Shown here: positions 62,266 through 64,000 of the stretch, one piece after another | Numbering within the stretch: position 1 is the first letter of the stretch | Layout of the letters: every line of letters starts with the position of its first letter | Assembly (NCBI GenBank): GCA_964016885.1 | Contig: OZ024745.1 | Location: forward strand, 31,310,001-31,374,000 | Origin: Eledone cirrhosa | Taxonomy: Eukaryota | DNA: 64,000 bases | Direction: 5' to 3' | Notes under the pieces: generated by a model | What the model was told of the DNA's origin: nothing | Database searches by the model: none | What the model saw: the letters and a program-made list of their open reading frames with translations, nothing else | Program-made: the position numbers and the translations under genes

Positions 62266-64000
62266 TCATCATCATCATCATCATCGTTTAACATCCATGT
62301 TCCACGCTTGCATGGGTTTGGACGGGAGTTTTCCCACTTGAGGCAAGATTGGTTGTCTTGCTCGTATAGGACTATCTGGCGGGTTTTCTATGGCTGGATG
62401 CCCTTCCTAACACCAACCACATTTACAGTGTGGGGCTGGGAGATTTTTACCGTGTTGCCTACACGGCCACATTACAGCGTTGACTGTGTGTTTTTTTGTC
62501 GTGACACCTACACGATCTCATTTGTTTCGGCCTGGATGTTGTGGCACCAACATAACTTTACATTGAAAGGGGCGGTGTGGATGGGGTGGGGGTGGTGGGA
62601 CGGGAGTGTATTTTGTTAGAGATGCCTACTGACTGTAGTAGGATTTACTTTGTATTTAGGTAAGGCGGGTCTTCTCTATTACTGAGTACCGCCAAAGATC
62701 TCGGTCCAGTGACATTGTCTTGGAGAAGTGTAAGTGTGTGAGGTTGGAATTTATCAGGTCGTCCCAGGTTTTTCTGGGTCTGCCTACTCCTTGGCTACCG
62801 TCTATCTTTATTGCCCTGCACTTTTTTATACAGCTGTCGTCTTTCATGCGCATCACGTGACCATACCAACGTAGCCTTCTCTCAAGTAAACAACATCTGA
62901 TCCCTCTTATTTCTAATTTTTCCCTTAGTTCGTTTATGCTTTACCGTTCACGTATATTACTATTACACATCCAGCGGAGCATGCAAGCTTCGTTCCTCTC
63001 TAGTCTGCGTATATCCTCTGCACACAATGCCCAAGTCCCACTGCCATGTAACATTACTGTTCGTATGCAGGCATCATACAACCTGCCTTTCATTTTTAGG
63101 GAGAACCCTTTAGCGGCTAATAGTGGTATAAGCCCTCTGAACTTTTTCCATCCAGTTCTGACTCTAGCTACTGTACTTTCAGAGCATCCTCCCCCACTGC
63201 TGATTTTGTCACCCAGGTAACGGAAGCTGTCCACTATTTCTATAGAACCCTCTGCGCAATTGAAAGAGCTAGTATTTTGTGGGCACTTGCTGCTACTTAT
63301 TGCACCAGAGCACCGGCCACATGTAAAATCTATGTTCTTAGTTAGCTTACCTGTGATCCCACTACATCTTTAATACACCCATACTTTGCATTTGGGACAT
63401 AAAATGGAGTTTCTACCTACGCCTTTCCTACACACTGAACATGGCCATTTCCCGGAAGGGACCGGCGCCTTATTTTCTTTCCTACAAACTAGAACCTTAG
63501 TCTTAGCCAGGTTAATTTTAAGGCCTTTTGATTCTAGGCCGTGCTTCCATGTTTGGAATTTCTTCTCTAGTTCGGCCATTGATTCAGCTATGAGCGTTAG
63601 ATCATCTGCGTATAGGAGTTCCCATAGGCACCCGGTCTTGAACTCCACTGTTATAGCCTGAAGGGCAATAATAAATAGTAGGGGGCTAAGAACAGAGCCC
63701 TGATGAACACCAACTTTTACGCTAAACTCTTCACTATATTCGTTGTTAATTCTAACCTTGCTGACTGTTTCTTTATACATGGCTTGTATAGCTCTCACAA
63801 GCCATTCGTCAACACCTAGTTTTCTAAGAGCCCACCAGATAATGGAACGGGGGTCTCTGTCGAAGGCTTTCTCCAAGTCGACAAAAGCTAAGTATAGGGG
63901 TTTACTTTTAGCTAGGTACTTCTCCTGTAGTTGTCGTACAATGAAAAGAGCGTCTGTGGTACTTTTGCCTGACACAAACCCGAACTGCATTTCATCTAGA
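62266..64000 (-). mobile_element. RTE-clade LINE 3' half (RT, C-terminus, 3' UTR, (TGA)n tail); continues beyond the window
   Basis: QFGF..STTDA..FVDLEKAFD..GVHQGSVLSP..YADD..FRYLG..RLYDACIR..GRPRKTW in a single frame from 64000 to 62656, broken only by TAA at 63370 and 62941. Confidence 0.95.

Overview
AT-rich, microsatellite-laden metazoan DNA, probably from a coleoid cephalopod such as Octopus. That assignment is an inference from tRNA/CORE-type SINEs, RTE tails ending in (TGA)n and long (TA)n tracts. Recognisable host coding sequence is limited to the first coding exon of a ZIP13/SLC39A13-like zinc transporter (minus strand, 9568-10033). Lower-confidence host features are a plus-strand first exon near 28.4 kb and a 15-nt microexon at 55.57 kb. 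The rest is transposon-derived. Main observations: (1) An apparently full-length CR1-clade LINE (about 15.2-20.3 kb) has an open APE+RT ORF2 with no upstream AUG. ORF2 lies in the -1 frame behind a canonical G_GGA_AAC slippery heptamer at the ORF1 stop, so it is a candidate for programmed frameshifting. Its ORF1 is split and carries a PHD finger and poly-Q, and its 5' end has a 212-bp fold-back and a possible 5'-UTR intron. (2) Five hammerhead-ribozyme-like motifs from four unrelated Penelope-like termini occur in the window. One has a 10-bp stem I and a roughly 115-nt stem II; two sit in opposite orientation inside a nested palindrome. (3) Snap-back inverted duplications recur at retroelement 5' ends. 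All calls were made by eye, without database searches.
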